A DNA stretch of 63,875 bases, filler included, from Octopus bimaculoides (GCF_001194135.2; 6 parts of 3 records of this genome joined end to end with filler, not necessarily neighbours in it), one strand, 5' to 3'. Shown: positions 1-13,045, counted from the first letter of the whole stretch. Notes: generated by a model from the letters alone, not told the origin. Program-made: numbers and translations.

Positions 1-749
1 AACTACATCAGCCGCAAGGGAATACATGTCTATCTTATCTAACTCGTCCAGTAGAGCCCACTGTTACTCGAACTTCGATCTAACCCCGAGCTTGGGACAA
101 CAAACTCGAGTTGGATAAACTAAAATAGTAAGCTCTTTGCTCTTAATAACCGTTTTATGAAGTCACTTTTTTTGTTAAAAAATTGTTCAATTTGCATCTC
201 ATCAAAGCGAACGGACTGGTTTTTTTAAGGTCACTCTTGGGTAAAGTTCGAATAGAAAGCTCGAATAGCATAGTTCTCGAATGAAAACTCTGCAGCTACC
301 AAGAACTTATGAGCATTACTTTTGCATAATACTTACTAATAGCAATTCACAATACGTAGGCATAAAGAAAAAAATGACCTCATACTAATCCTGATATAAC
401 GACCTGCCTGAATGTGTCCACATGTCATCTAAGACACGTGCATGCTATGTACAATAGACAGTCTAGTTAAAAGACATACCACGGGGGGAGGGAGGATGTA
501 GCATAAACCCACGCTTTATAGCAATTTCATGCAATTTTTGGGGAGGGGGAGGGTTGAAATTACTCTTATGATTAAAAGTTACGATCAACAATTGTTGATT
601 TAAATCAGACCAAGTTTATTAGCTATCCTGAGATAAGGGTTTTTAATTTTTCCCAACTGATATTTCTCGGGAAAAAAGTTGCAGTTTGTAAAAATGTACA
701 AATTATCTTGAATGAACTGTTCAGACATACGCAAAAAATAGAAAAAGAA

Positions 750-923
750 TCATTCATTTATGATCTCCCCTTGTTCAGACCGGTCGACGTAACAGAGCAT
801 CTTTTGGTAGAAGCTATCGCAGTGTTCATGAGTTATTTCAAATAACTTTTCAGATATCACTTGGTGAAGCTTCGGCTCGTTCTTTGCCTCGCCTTGGATA
901 ACCGAGCGTTTCCAAACGGAGAA
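750..923 (-). mobile_element. C-terminal fragment of an IS630/Tc1-type (DDE_3-like) transposase
   Basis: Manual minus-strand translation gives FSVWKRSVIQGEAKNEPKLHQVISEKLFEITHEHCDSFYQKMLCYVDRSEQGEIINE*. This resembles the post-catalytic FSxWKxxV...EITxxxCxxYYxxMxxY tail of IS630-like transposases. It is cut upstream by an A/T run at ~937-948. Confidence 0.5.
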
Positions 924-1044
924 ATGAGTTAAACTCTTTTTTTTTTTTCAAGGCTTGAGCACCAATTTCGAGAAACTAAGCTTCGAATCGATTTGTGGTC
1001 ATCGAATATTCTTTCGAGGATGAAGACTCCTACTTTCTACCCTA

Positions 1045-1850
1045 CCGTTTGCAACACTTCAGTGCATGCCTGTTGACCGTTTTCTGCGATTTGAAGTGTA
1101 CCACCGAAAGCCTGATCATTGCTGCACAAGACCAGGCTCTCGCTATTCAGTGAAGTATAACATCTATAGAACTTCTGACACCCAGAAATGCAGACTCTGT
1201 GGAAAGAGTGTGGAAAATGTGACCCACTTAGTAAGTGGATTTGAGAACCTTGCACAAAAAGAATGCAAGCGCCGCCACGATAAAGTGTGTGTGTATCTTC
1301 ATTGGCTCTTATGCCGTAAATACCAATATGAAGTAACAGAGAATTGGTATGAGCATGCTCCAAGTAAATTTATGCAGGAGGATGGAAAAGTAACGATACT
1401 CTGGGACTATGATTTTCAAACGGATTGTATAATCGAACACTGTCCGCCGGATATTGTCATATTGAATAAGAGAGACAAATACTGAAAGATCATTGATATA
1501 GCCATACCAAATGACATGAATGTTGTGAGTAAAGAGGTTGAAAAAAATCACCAAGTACTCCGAATTGAAAGTGGAAATGGCAAGACTTTATGGAATGCGA
1601 GAGGGTAATGTAAAAGTGATACCAGTGGTGATCGGAGCGCTGGGGGTCAATCCCGTTGAAACTTCAAAACTTCTTAAGGCAACTGGAAATCCCATGCAAG
1701 ATCTTGCAAAAAGCAGCCTTATTGGGCACAGCGCACATCTTAAGGAAAGTATTATCTGTCTGAGGTCCTTGTTGTGACTTGATAGATAACTAAGGACTCC
1801 GGTGCATTTTTACCTACGATGTGTTATGAAGGAATAATAATAATAATAAT
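1045..1850 (+). mobile_element. 5'-truncated, frameshifted RLE-type non-LTR retrotransposon (R4/Dong-like) 3' end
   Basis: Across frames: TESLIIAAQDQAL, zinc knuckle CRLCGKSVENVTHLVSG, RHD motif, restriction-like endonuclease PDIV...IIDIAIP...KITKY, and VIPVVIGALG. There is an in-frame stop at 1483-1485. A short 3' UTR ends in (TAA)n at ~1834-1850. Confidence 0.9.
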
Positions 1851-1924
1851 AGAGAGGACGAAAACCAAAAAATACAATCTCCTAAAATTTAAAATAGGAA
1901 GAATTTAGAGTATGGAAACTGTAA

Positions 1925-2138
1925 AGGTACGTTGGAAACAGTAAGCAAAGATATAGGCCAATGGCTGAAGGAGATTGGAGTAGAATGCCCTGAGGAGTTC
2001 CTACAGAAAGTTTCTCTTAGGGACAGCAAGGATTATCAAGAAAGACAGCTGAAAACTTGTGGAAACCTAAGGTTACAGGTAATAACCCGCTACCCACAAA
2101 AATACTATCAGCAATAAGACCGAACCTGAGTCAAATCA

Positions 2139-2182
<44 letters not shown>
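1925..2182 (+). mobile_element. Second RLE-type LINE extreme 3' end followed by a (TAA)n tract
   Basis: TVSKDIGQWLKEIGVECPEEFLQKVSL / GTARIIK matches the terminal helix of R4/Dong-like RLE ORFs. The 3' UTR differs from the first copy. (TAA)n lies at ~2139-2182. Confidence 0.65.
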
Positions 2183-2186
<4 letters not shown>

Positions 2187-2189
2187 AAC

Positions 2190-2575
2190 AATAAATGTTC
2201 TGATGCAATACCAGGCTGTGGCTCTATCATGTACATTGTTTTGTCTTGGTATAAAAGATAGGCTACAGTAAATATTGTGTTCAATACCGCAGATTTGCTT
2301 GTCAGTTGTTTGACCTTATCCAGTTGAGCATGTCCCTTAGTGGCTGACGATATGTGCATCTCTGGTTATGAGCAGACGTAGTGGGGGAGCATCATAGTCA
2401 AGTGTTGAGAGGAATTATTTTGGGTTTAGATAATTCACCTCTGAAAACATGGGTGTTTCGTTCAACAACTTTAAACAGACCTTACTCAGGGACCTTTTGA
2501 GCGGGATGGGCTTCTCAACTTGAAGAAAATTCTAACTGGGCCCCACTTACAAGGTCATGTGCTGTTTATTTTGAT
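2190..2575 (-). mobile_element. Non-coding interspersed repeat ending at the same (TAA/TTA)n tract
   Basis: No meaningful ORF. It abuts the 2139-2182 tract tail-to-tail and resembles, from recollection, an abundant octopus retroposon. Family is unassigned. Confidence 0.4.
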
Positions 2576-2579
2576 ATAA

Positions 2580-2721
2580 GATCACCATGTCGTGCACATA
2601 TGGTTGTGATGCATGTGCTTGGTGTACCCTCATCAGACGGGTAGTCATGACGGGTATACTGGGCTTTGTATATTTTAACCTCAGTGTCACTTTGATGGCA
2701 TGCACAGCTCTCTCACTCAGT

Positions 2722-2783
<62 letters not shown>

Positions 2784-2810
2784 CGATGATAATAATGATA
2801 ATAATGATAA
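2580..2810 (+). mobile_element. Retroposon 3' end fragment with (AAT)n tail
   Basis: A short non-coding segment runs directly into a long (AAT)n tract at ~2722-2810, which is typical LINE/SINE 3' end architecture. Confidence 0.4.
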
Positions 2811-3639
2811 TGTATTCTATGTATGTATGTATGTATGTATGTATGTATGTATGTATAGATAGATAGATAGATAGATAGATACACAGACATACTTCTGGAA
2901 AAGTGACTACATTGACAAAAGCACTCTCTCCAGAAGATGACTAATTGAAACTGGTTTGTTATCAGTAAGCTTACTGTTTATAATGACAGACATTTAACGT
3001 TAGTCAGCCTGTCACATGCACGCACACACGGACACACATAAGCAGCTAATTGCACGTAATTAGTTCATATCGGACAATCTGTATATTCCCCTCTAAGAGG
3101 GACATACCGTTTTTAATTTTCAGTAAATAGGTGCTACAAAGATGGTGCTAGTTATCACTGTTTCAATGGGACGAGAACAATGCGTGATCGGTAAGCGTTT
3201 CATTTACCGGTTTTGGTCTCGAGGTGCTATGACATGTCACAACAGCATTCATTCATCGATATACAACATGGAAACGGCTACACAGCCTTACACACTCTGA
3301 CACGCAGCGAGAGAGTTGATTATGGAAAACAGAAGCAATATTAAAAGATGATATTGTTGATGATGATGATGATGATGATGACGATGAGGAAGAGGAGTAG
3401 TAGTAGTTGTTTCTAGCAGCAATTATAAAAGAAATACTTTCTTCTTTCACCTGATGAGAGAACAGCTAACAGAAGAGTATATATGCCAGATATGGGTAGT
3501 CTTTTAAGAGAAGCGGACTCATAAGATATGGCTCATCATCTGGCGTGCCGCGTTATTAAGAAAAAAATTCAAGATAAATTTCGGTAAGTGCTGCGGACCG
3601 TATCTTGTTCAAGACTGGTCTACTCAGTCTCTCGTTCTA

Positions 3640-4250
3640 CTAGAAATAATACCCTAACGTCTTAGTAAGAGGCGGGGAGGACACAATATACAATGTAGTC
3701 CTAGATAAACTGCGGATGAAATAAAAATGTGATAGGCATGACTGGAACGAATGCTTTTGATCATAATGCCGACTTAATCATGACTGACCTGATCAAGAAC
3801 ATAAAACAACTGCACGAAACACAAAGGAAGCCACTATACAGATGCTTAAGCTTCATGAAATAGCAGCCAAATATCTTTTGAATCACATTGTTCAATCTTT
3901 TTAAAAAAGAAACAACGGACATTGTTATTAATGTGATCCTAGATACATTATGTTTGGTTACAAAATGGAGTAGCGAGAGTTTGAACGTATTTGATCATGT
4001 ATAGGATCTGCTCTGAATTATAAAAAGAAGCCACTATGCAGTCACTCGTCCGCCTAGAAACAACAGTAAAATCTCTTCCAAATCACATCCCTCTGTCTTC
4101 AAAAAACCTCAAGGAAAAGACACGTTGAATGATGTACTTCAAGATATACTATACTTAAACACAAGAAGGAATGGTCAGATCTAGAACGTCTTTGATTGCA
4201 CACAGATCTGCTCAGTCATGATTGGCCCTCGGACAAGCAACAACAACGAC
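3640..4250 (+). repeat. Three diverged tandem copies of a ~200-bp dispersed repeat
   Basis: The block order (ctagaaata/acag...caaat)...(cctagata/caagata)...(ttgatcat/ttgattgca) recurs three times. Related fragments occur at ~17150-17350, 24670-24830, 31400-31730, 32020-32160, 45830-45950 and 53190-53260. Confidence 0.55.
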
Positions 4251-4309
4251 ATACAGACAAGCAAAGATGGAATGAAGACAAAAAATTCCCAGTCATCTCT
4301 ACTCCCCAA

Positions 4310-4316
4310 GCAAAAC

Positions 4317-4357
<41 letters not shown>

Positions 4358-4385
4358 GCAGTAGCAGCAGCAGCACAGCACCACC

Positions 4386-4417
<32 letters not shown>

Positions 4418-4440
4418 CAACAATAACAACAACAACAAAG
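4310..4440. repeat. Compound (CAG)n/(CAC)n/(CAA)n microsatellite
   Basis: Seen directly. It is the source of the polyA/H/Q and polyL/C ORFs. Confidence 0.95.
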
Positions 4441-4725
4441 CAGTTATGTGTCAATCTAAGGCAGTTGTATTTCCGTTGGACATTTCGGAAACTCTTCTGG
4501 CTTAATGTCTGTAACTGTTTAATTATTGGCTTTTCTAGACATTGACAGCCGAAGGGAAGATTATTATAAATCTTCTTCCTCAACATACCCTTTCTCCTCT
4601 CTTCATATAGCACCCCACTCTCTGCGTATATGTTTGTATGTATGTATGTGTGTGTGTATGTATGTATGTGTGTGTGTATGTTTGTATGTATGTATGTATA
4701 TGTGTGTACATATATGTGTGTGTAC

Positions 4726-4803
<78 letters not shown>

Positions 4804-5173
4804 GTTTGTAATTTATGTGTATTTTTTTTATCTATAAAGATACGTTACGTGTATGGTGTGTGTGTTTGTGTGTGTGTGTACGTCGTCCCTTCTCTCTCTC
4901 TCTCTCTCTCTCTCTCTGCTTTTCTCATCTCACCATCTTACTTCTCTGTTTACCTCACATCTTCTCATTAATCTATTCCCCTTTCTCTCTCAACCCCTCT
5001 TATTACTTCTCTGTCTAATTTTCGATCTAAATACAAGCAACCTGGTAATGATGTCGGCGTTCAAGGCGATAATGGTGATGTTAATTATGGCGGCGGCGAC
5101 GAGGTCGCGACGACGACATGGCGGTGGTGATGATGGTGTTAGTCGTACTGGTGTTCTGATCATAATAGTGGCC

Positions 5174-5248
<75 letters not shown>

Positions 5249-5829
5249 ATAATGGTGGTGGTGTGAAGGCGCTGTAATGATGTAGGTGGTGACGTTGGTA
5301 GTTGAGGATCTGATGTAGATCATAACATTCATTATAACGATGGCGTTGTAATGGTAAGGGTGGTGGCGTTGGTGGTTGAGAATCTGATCTTGACCACGAT
5401 AACTTCCATGATGACGTTGATGCCAATGATCGTTATCATCATAATGGTGATGATGATGGTAGTGTAAGGATATAGATGATGGCACTGGTTGTTGAAGATC
5501 TGACGTTGATCATAATAACTTTTATTATTAACGAACAGAGCCGATGTGTCCCTGATTAAGTGTCCTTGTTTTTTTTTTTTATATTTGAACACTTCTCTCT
5601 CATCGATTTACTGTTTCTGTTTTCGGCTTTTTATATGTTTATGTCCTTGCAAAACACTCGATCACTCATACTCATAAAGTATATATGTACGTACACCCTA
5701 ATAAATGTTCAATCACACGCGCACATGCATATGTATGTATGTATGCCTAATCTCATGCNNNNNNNNNNATATATATATATATATATATAACATGAGATAA
5801 CATTTATTAGGGTCTGTAGTAATGCCCCT

Positions 5830-5870
<41 letters not shown>

Positions 5871-6154
5871 GTATGTACATATGGTTATGTAAGTATGCAT
5901 GCATACATACATACAAACATACACACACACGTACACAACACACATATATGTATGTGTGTGCCTCTCTATATATATCTGTGGGGATATGGGTGTGAGCGCA
6001 CGTGTATGTATGTGTATACCCACAGGTACGCACATACAAAATATGTGCATAATTATACGCTTAGTAACATGGAAACAAAGTGTGAGTGTATATATATTTA
6101 TATAAATATATATATATATATATATATACATACATACATACATGCATGCATACA

Positions 6155-6207
<53 letters not shown>

Positions 6208-6995
6208 ATACATACATATATACATATAAATATATACATACATATATATACAAACATATATATATATATATATGTATAGATATGTGTATATATATTATAT
6301 ACATGTATGTATATATATATATAGATATAGATAAATATATATGTATATGTGTGTGTGTGTTTGTGTGTGTATATGTGAGTGCGTGTGTATATGTGTGTGT
6401 TTGTAAGTATATATGTAGGTAAACCATATACATATATATGTCTTGTGTTTATGTTTTGTCCAGACCTGTACATTCGCACAAACATACACACATACATACA
6501 CACGCGTACGCGCACATACATAAATAAACAGACTGAAAATGTTACTCAATATATTGACGACATCGATTATTTTTTCTCTCGTTTACATCCTGTCAGAAAT
6601 GGAGACATGCAATCGTGTTTCATTAGAGCTAACCAGTTTATCACAAAACAGCTATAAGGCTGTTCATAATCCCGGTCCTATATTTATCGAACTTTGTTGA
6701 CGCTACTTAGGCTCCATTTAAAGCAAAACTGAAGTATATTAATTTTGAGCGACATCCTTACCTCACTACAAAGCCATTATTAACGGTCAAAAGATATATA
6801 TTTAATCTAACCGCTATCGTTGTTATCGAAGCAAAATTGTGAACACTGTATCATTGTGTACTTTCTATAATACCAGGAAATAAAAACAATGGCATACACA
6901 CGCACACACAAGCACACATACGCACCCTTGCGCACACACACATCAATATACATAGCAAGTAATAAAACACACACATGCACATACATTCTTATTTA

Positions 6996-7028
<33 letters not shown>

Positions 7029-7344
7029 ATCTCTCTCTATCTATCTATCAGCCTGTCTATCAGTCTGTATGCATGTGTGTATATACGTATGTGTATGTGT
7101 GTTATGTCATGCTGACGATTTGTAAAGAGAATGAAATAGTGCCATACATGATTACCAGTGACTAAAAATGCTAAGAGGTCCATAACAAGTTAGCCACGAA
7201 AAGAAAATCAAAGAAATTAAATTCTTATATTCTATGCATCTTTTTCTTCATTTCATAATTTAAAATTCATATTTCAAATTCAAACATCTAATCCTGCCAA
7301 ATATTATGAAGAAATTATCTCCCTTGTATTAATTGACCGCTATT

Positions 7345-7379
<35 letters not shown>

Positions 7380-7639
7380 NNNNNNNNNNNNNNNNNNNNN
7401 NNNNNNNNNNNNNNNNNNNNNNNNNNNNNNNNNNNNNNNNNNNNNNNNNNNNNNNNNNNNNNNNNNNNNNNNNNNNNNNNNNNNNNNNNNNNNNNNNNNN
7501 NNNNNNNNNNNNNNNNNNNNNNNNNNNNNNNNNNNNNNNNNNNNNNNNNNNNNNNNNNNNNNNNNATGTGTGTATATGTGTGCGTATATATATATATATA
7601 TATATATATACGAAAGTCTCGCAGAAAATAAAAAAAAAA

Positions 7640-8375
7640 CCCTAGCGATGTTGCACACCTGCAGCAGGAGTTGGACTCAATTTACAGATGGGCTGAAGAC
7701 AATAATATGCAGTTTAATGCTGGAAGATTCCAAGCCCTGTGCTACCAGCGCCCAAAACTGAACGTTAAAGTTACAGGGTATACTGGCCCACAGGGGATTA
7801 CAATCCCAGAACCTGGGTATCGACATGAGTGATGATACCTTTTTCCAAGTGCACATTACCAAGATGGCGACAAGGTGCAGACGGCTGGCTGGCCGGATCC
7901 TAAGAATCTTCAGAACCAGAGAGAAGGAAACCATGATGGCTCTCTGGAGGACGTCCGTCCTCAGCCGCTTAGACTACTGCTCCCAGTTATGGTCACCCCA
8001 CAATGTAAAATTAACAGTTAACCTTGAAGCAATCCAGCGAAGCTTTACAAAGAAGATCGTCTCACTGCAACAACTCAGCTACTGGGAAAGGCTGAAACAG
8101 CTAAGGCTCTACTCACAGCCTTTTAATATTCTCCCAAAAAGCCCGAGGGACCTACAAAAAGTAGATGTAGGTGTTTTCAATTCAAAACTGGATCTCTTCC
8201 TGTCGAGAGTCCCAGATGAACCTACCACGTGGCAGGAAGCGCAAATGAGGGTAGTGACATCAAACTTCCTTATTCACCAAATGCCACATATCAGAGGAGG
8301 CTCTCAATAATAACAGTGTAGCAAAACGGTGGTGCCTCAGCATGGCTACAGCTTTGAGCTGAAACTGCTAAAATA
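7640..8375 (+). mobile_element. CR1/L2-group LINE ORF2 C-terminal fragment with internal deletion
   Basis: Translates to LQQELDSIYRWAEDNNMQFNAGRFQ and ...ILRIFRTREKETMMALWRTSVLSRLDYCSQLWSPH...LEAIQRSFTKKI...LSYWERLKQLRLYS...KLDLFLSRVPDEP. These are standard CR1-type RT thumb and C-terminal motifs. Confidence 0.9.
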
Positions 8376-8734
8376 AAACAACAACAATATATATNNNNNN
8401 NNNNNNNNNNNNNNNNNNNNNNNNNNNNNNNNNNNNNNNNNNNNNNNNNNNNNNNNNNNNNNNNNNNNNNNNNNNNNNNNNNNNNNNNNNNNNNNNNNNN
8501 NNNNNNNNNNNNNNNNNNNNNNNNNNNNNNNNNNNNNNNNNNNNNNNNNNNNNNNNNNNNNNNNNNNNNNNNNNNNNNNNNNNNNNNNNNNNNNNNNNNN
8601 NNNNNNNNNNNNNNNNNNNNNNNNTTGCATCGCAAAGCTATATGTACTGCTTGAGTCTGTATTACAACTTATTTATCCCTATTAATTTATTTTTCTGTCT
8701 GTTGCTTTTTGTTTAATAGTATTAGCAATCGTAG

Positions 8735-8990
8735 AGGCGCGTGGCCCAGTGGTTAAAGTGTTAGCACCATGATCGTAAGATTGCGGTTTCAATTCCTGGA
8801 CCGGGCGACGCGTTGTGTTCTTTAGCAAAACACTTCATTTTCACGTTGCTCCAGTCCACTCAGCTGGCAAAAATGAGTAACACTGCGATGGACTGGCGTC
8901 CCGGCCAGCTGGGGAACACATACGCCATTGAAGCCGGGAAACCAGGCCCATGAGCCTGGCTAGGCTTTAAAAGGGCGCAATTATTTATTT
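8735..8990 (+). mobile_element. tRNA-derived SINE (family B)
   Basis: A-box-like tggcccagtggtt and B-box-like ggtttcaattcc. The central gcgatggactggcgtccc segment resembles conserved SINE cores of aquatic animals. It has an AT-rich tail. Confidence 0.8.
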
Positions 8991-9399
8991 TTTAGTATTA
9001 ACAATGTGTTAATTATTTAGTTCTTTAGATAGTCGAATCCTGGGCATTATCAAACATTTATGCTGTTCTTCATTTCTTTTGTAGCTTCCTTCAAATATTT
9101 CTACTCTCTCTCTCTCTTTCTTTCTCTCTTTCTCCCCTCCATTATATGTGGTTTTGTGTTAATGTTAAAATCTTCGTTACTAATATTCGTATTAATATTT
9201 CACAGTTTTTCATTTTTATTATTTATAAGTTAACGAAAGGAGGAAATGCAGTCCCCATAGCCTATTTTCAGATCTCCCCAGATTGGTAGAAAGATCTTAC
9301 CTAAACATGAAACCTAACCCGAATACTTGCAATAGATTGAACTAGGAGACGGTGTTAAGCGGAGCGTCAAATTGTCTTAATGTAAAATTAAATATTTTT

Positions 9400-9975
9400 G
9401 TTTATTGTACATGTAACTTAAATCTCTAATGAAACAACATGTAAGGAAGAAATTAGGACACGGCTAGTCATGGCAAGAATGCCTATGGGAAATGGGAAAG
9501 TTTAATTACATCTGGATCAGAAACAAGTGTCCCAACTAAGTTTAAAACAAGGCTAGTGCGAGCGCTCATTTAGCCAATAATCTTTTATAGTTGCGAAGCA
9601 TGGACTCTGAAAAATTTTGAAGAAAATGAAACCAATGCATTTGAAATGTGGGTGTATAGGAGAATGGTATGAGTTTTTTTACAAGGGCTATCGGACAAAT
9701 GAATGGGTGTTACAAAAAGCAGGTGAAAGACAACTCCTGAACATTGTGAAAAACACAAAAGCTCATCTATTATGGCCATATCGAAGGAATAGATGCGTAG
9801 AAACATTAACCCGGAAGGAAGAGTAGAGGGTAGGTAGTAGATCAGGATGCAGGCAAAGAACGCCATGGAAGGATAATATCACAAGCTGGTTGGACAAGAG
9901 TGGCAAGACAGCTTAATCGGGAAGGCGTTCGCCGCAGTGTCATCAACGCGCAGCAGGCGTGTGATACATGACGAC
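9400..9975 (+). mobile_element. Degenerate RTE (BovB-like) LINE C-terminal fragment
   Basis: Across frameshifts: CKEEIRTRLVMAR, FKTRLVRALI*PIIFYSCEAWTL, NAFEMWVYRRM, RTNEWVLQKAGERQLLNIVK, YYGHI and RQRTPWKDNITSW. Confidence 0.85.
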
Positions 9976-10052
9976 GGTGAATTTAAATGTGGGTGTATAG
10001 TGTTATATATTTTTGGCCATGATCAACATTTCACGAATAAATGATTGGAATT

Positions 10053-10084
<32 letters not shown>

Positions 10085-10102
<18 letters not shown>

Positions 10103-10320
10103 TTAACAGCCACTTTTCCATGGATGCAAGGATCGTACGGAATTTGTTGAGGCAGATTTTCTATGGCCGGATGCCATTCCTGTCACCAACCCTCGCCTCT
10201 TTACAAGCAAAATGATATTTTCCGATGGCCAAAAATGTTATTCATGGGAAACTGGAAATGAACAATCTCGCTTGTGTGACGTTGACACTCATTTCCAAAC
10301 GTGAGGTTTTGACAAGGGTA
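10085..10320 (-). mobile_element. Retroposon 3' tail fragment abutting (CAT)n
   Basis: The segment tttaacagccacttttccatg...ggccggatgccattcctgtcaccaacc follows a (CAT)n tract. This layout is typical of RTE-tailed SINE 3' ends on the minus strand. Confidence 0.55.
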
Positions 10321-10330
10321 CACACTCCCC

Positions 10331-10381
<51 letters not shown>

Positions 10382-10384
10382 TAT

Positions 10385-11150
10385 CTTTTATTTGTTTCAG
10401 TCATTAGATTGCAGCCATACTGGGGCACCGCCTTGAATTTTTAATCGAATGAATCGACCCCAACACTTATTTGTTAAGCCTGGTACTTATTAGATCGGTC
10501 TCTTTTGTCGAACCNNNNNNNNNNNNNNNNNNNNNNNNNNNNNNNNNNNNNNNNNNNNNNNNNNNNNNNNNNNNNNNNNNNNNNNNNNNNNNNNNNNNNN
10601 NNNNNNNNNNNNNNNNNNNNNNNNNNNNNNNNNNNNNNNNNNNNNNNNNNNNNNNNNNNNNNNNNNNNNNNNNNNNNNNNNNNNNNNNNNNNNNNNNNNN
10701 NNNNNNNNNNNNNNNNNNNNNNNNNNNNNNNNNNNNNNNNNNNNNNNNNNNNNNNNNNNNNNNNNNNNNNNNNNNNNNNNNNNNNNNNNNNNNNNNNNNN
10801 NNNNNNNNNNNNNNNNNNNNNNNNNNNNNNNNNNNNNNNNNNNNNNNNNNNNNNNNNNNNNNNNNNNNNNNNNNNNNNNNNNNNNNNNNNNNNNNNNNNN
10901 NNNNNNNNNNNNNNNNNNNNNNNNNNNNNNNNNNNNNNNNNNNNNNATATATATATATATATATATACATACGCACACGAGGATTTTTTTCAGTTTCCCT
11001 CGTAAGTTCCTTCTTCCCCAAGTTCCATCACAAGGCTTTTTTTGGCCTATGTCTAGAGTCCAAAACACTTGCCCAAGGTGCCACACTGTGAAACTGAACC
11101 AGAGACCATGTGATTGGGAAGCAAACTTCTTAACCATACAGCCGCGCCGA
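10385..11150 (-). mobile_element. tRNA-derived SINE (family A) split by an internal (TA)n and N-gap
   Basis: The 3' half at 10385-10513 and the head at ~10975-11150 are reverse complements of the family A copy at 13476-14479. Confidence 0.8.
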
Positions 11151-11459
11151 CACCTATGCATTAAAATATTTTCGAATAGCAAGCAACTGTAAAGAGTTTC
11201 GATAGTTGACGTGGGCATTTCAAATATAAAGCACTTGTAACGTCGTTATGTATATGAAACACGACTTACTTTCATTTAAGATATTGCTAGGCGTATTACT
11301 AAGCTTTCCACCAGATTTCTCTCGAAATGCTATAAAAGCGTTTATTATATTTATCCAAACTGTTTTGGGGGTTTATTGATTGAATAAGAATAGTTTCTTC
11401 TATATACTCTCTCTGGATATCATTTGAATTTTATAAAGAATTTTAGTAAATCTTCATGA

Positions 11460-11790
11460 TTTTTAATTATTTTTTTTTTGTTTTGTTTACTGAGTCTGAG
11501 GGAAGGGGTGCAGCCCATGGTCTTTATAGACCCTTCTAGACCAGTGAGACCGATGTCATTAATGTTCTTTATGATCCTTTGTAAGTCAACTGCTGCGGAA
11601 GAGATATGAATAAGGAAGGAACTCCAGAAGGTCGACCTTCTGGGTAGGAAGGACTGGACATAATGATTAGTGCATGACCTGGGAGTGATTGGACTCAGCA
11701 AGGATGATGGGAGGAGGCGAAGTGAGTGAGAAGGGAATATCTGAGTGGAAATGGAATAAACCCAGCTAGCTCCAAAGAGCAAAGGCTAAT
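11460..11790 (-). mobile_element. CR1-like LINE 3' end with A-rich tail
   Basis: The ORF segment LRLLPSSLLSPITPRSCTNHYVQSFLPRRSTFWSSF...AAVDLQRIIKNIN resembles the CR1 SFFPRTxxLWNSLP...DLxxFKxxIN terminus. An A-rich tail lies at ~11465-11485 on the minus strand. Confidence 0.7.
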
Positions 11791-12998
11791 ATAATAGTGG
11801 TAGAAAAGGTAGTGAAAAGACACAGTTCATCTGTGAGCCAGAAGAAGGAAAATGATTTTATAGTCCTTTTCTAGATGTGGAACTTTTATAATTAACATGG
11901 AATAGCCAGTGTATGCGTATAAATGTAAACCATTCTCATATCCATTGTTATATATCTCTGTGGTGTACATATCCTACATGATGCTTATATTTATTTCATT
12001 TTCTTTACGCTCAAGTGAGCCAAATCTAGCATAGGGTCTCTATATCTTCGGTCACGATAACATTTAAAATCCCGATCTCTCGTATAATAAAGAATCCCAA
12101 CATGCGTTTGCCTGTCAACTGCGTCATAGTACTTAGTGAGTTGAACGGAAGAAATTCGCAGTGGATTTTCCTTTTTCTCACTAACATTTTGTTTTTCTAT
12201 TACAGAATATTTGTCACTTGTTTGTTTTCCATAAATCTGATTTTGTATTTGTATTTAGGATGAATAGCAGGATGTCAACACTGATACACTCTCTCGCGCG
12301 CACACATACATCGTGTATGATTCAAAATTTTTGTGGTTTCTCGTTAACGACACCAATCCTAATACACCAATCCTCAATCATAATCGACCTGACTACACCC
12401 TTATTTTCCCCAATTTTCTCTTCAAGTTAATGTTCAGGCATCCAACACACTTCTTCAAATTTTTTTTTGTAATCTCTCAGATAAAGGACTTACTTAAAAA
12501 TCTTTAAACTCATCTTACCTGTCATCAAATATATATTGCGGCCTGTACGGAACAGTACATAAATTTGAGCATAAGCTCAAGTAGACTATGTGAAATGACT
12601 TTTATAGTTACAAACCTTCTTGTTCCTAGATTTATTTCGTAGATATTACAATGCGTAAAACATACCATACGATTGCTTCGTACAAAAATAGTTGCACGTA
12701 TCCACCTTTGACAAACTTAGAGACAAATCATAACAGAACCATATCTGCATTGGAAATAATACCTGTGAATACTTGCTGTAAATTGCAAACAACACACGCA
12801 CATACGCATGTCCATTGTCCATTGTCATCGGTTACAATGTAAACGTCATGAAAATTATTTGATACATAGTAGCAGCATTAGCACTTTACAATTACATATT
12901 GAAAGCAGAAATATGACGCTACTGTACGCTATATCAATATAGATAAACACAAGCATTCCGATTTTTCTATCTATATATCTGAATATATGCATACATAA

Positions 12999-13045
<47 letters not shown>

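Noticed and set aside
49-300. Repeated tcgaa/ctcgaa words suggesting a pogo- or hAT-type terminus, also at ~965-1030
   Set aside because: Too degraded to define TIRs or a target-site duplication.
4181-6657. PolyQ/H/A, polyY/V/L and (YI)n/(CV)n ORFs
   Set aside because: These are translations of microsatellites with no splice or homology support.
11267-12550. Isolated minus-strand donor-like sites (11266, 12514) and a plus-strand acceptor near 12205
   Set aside because: No consistent exon chain or recognisable peptide could be built.
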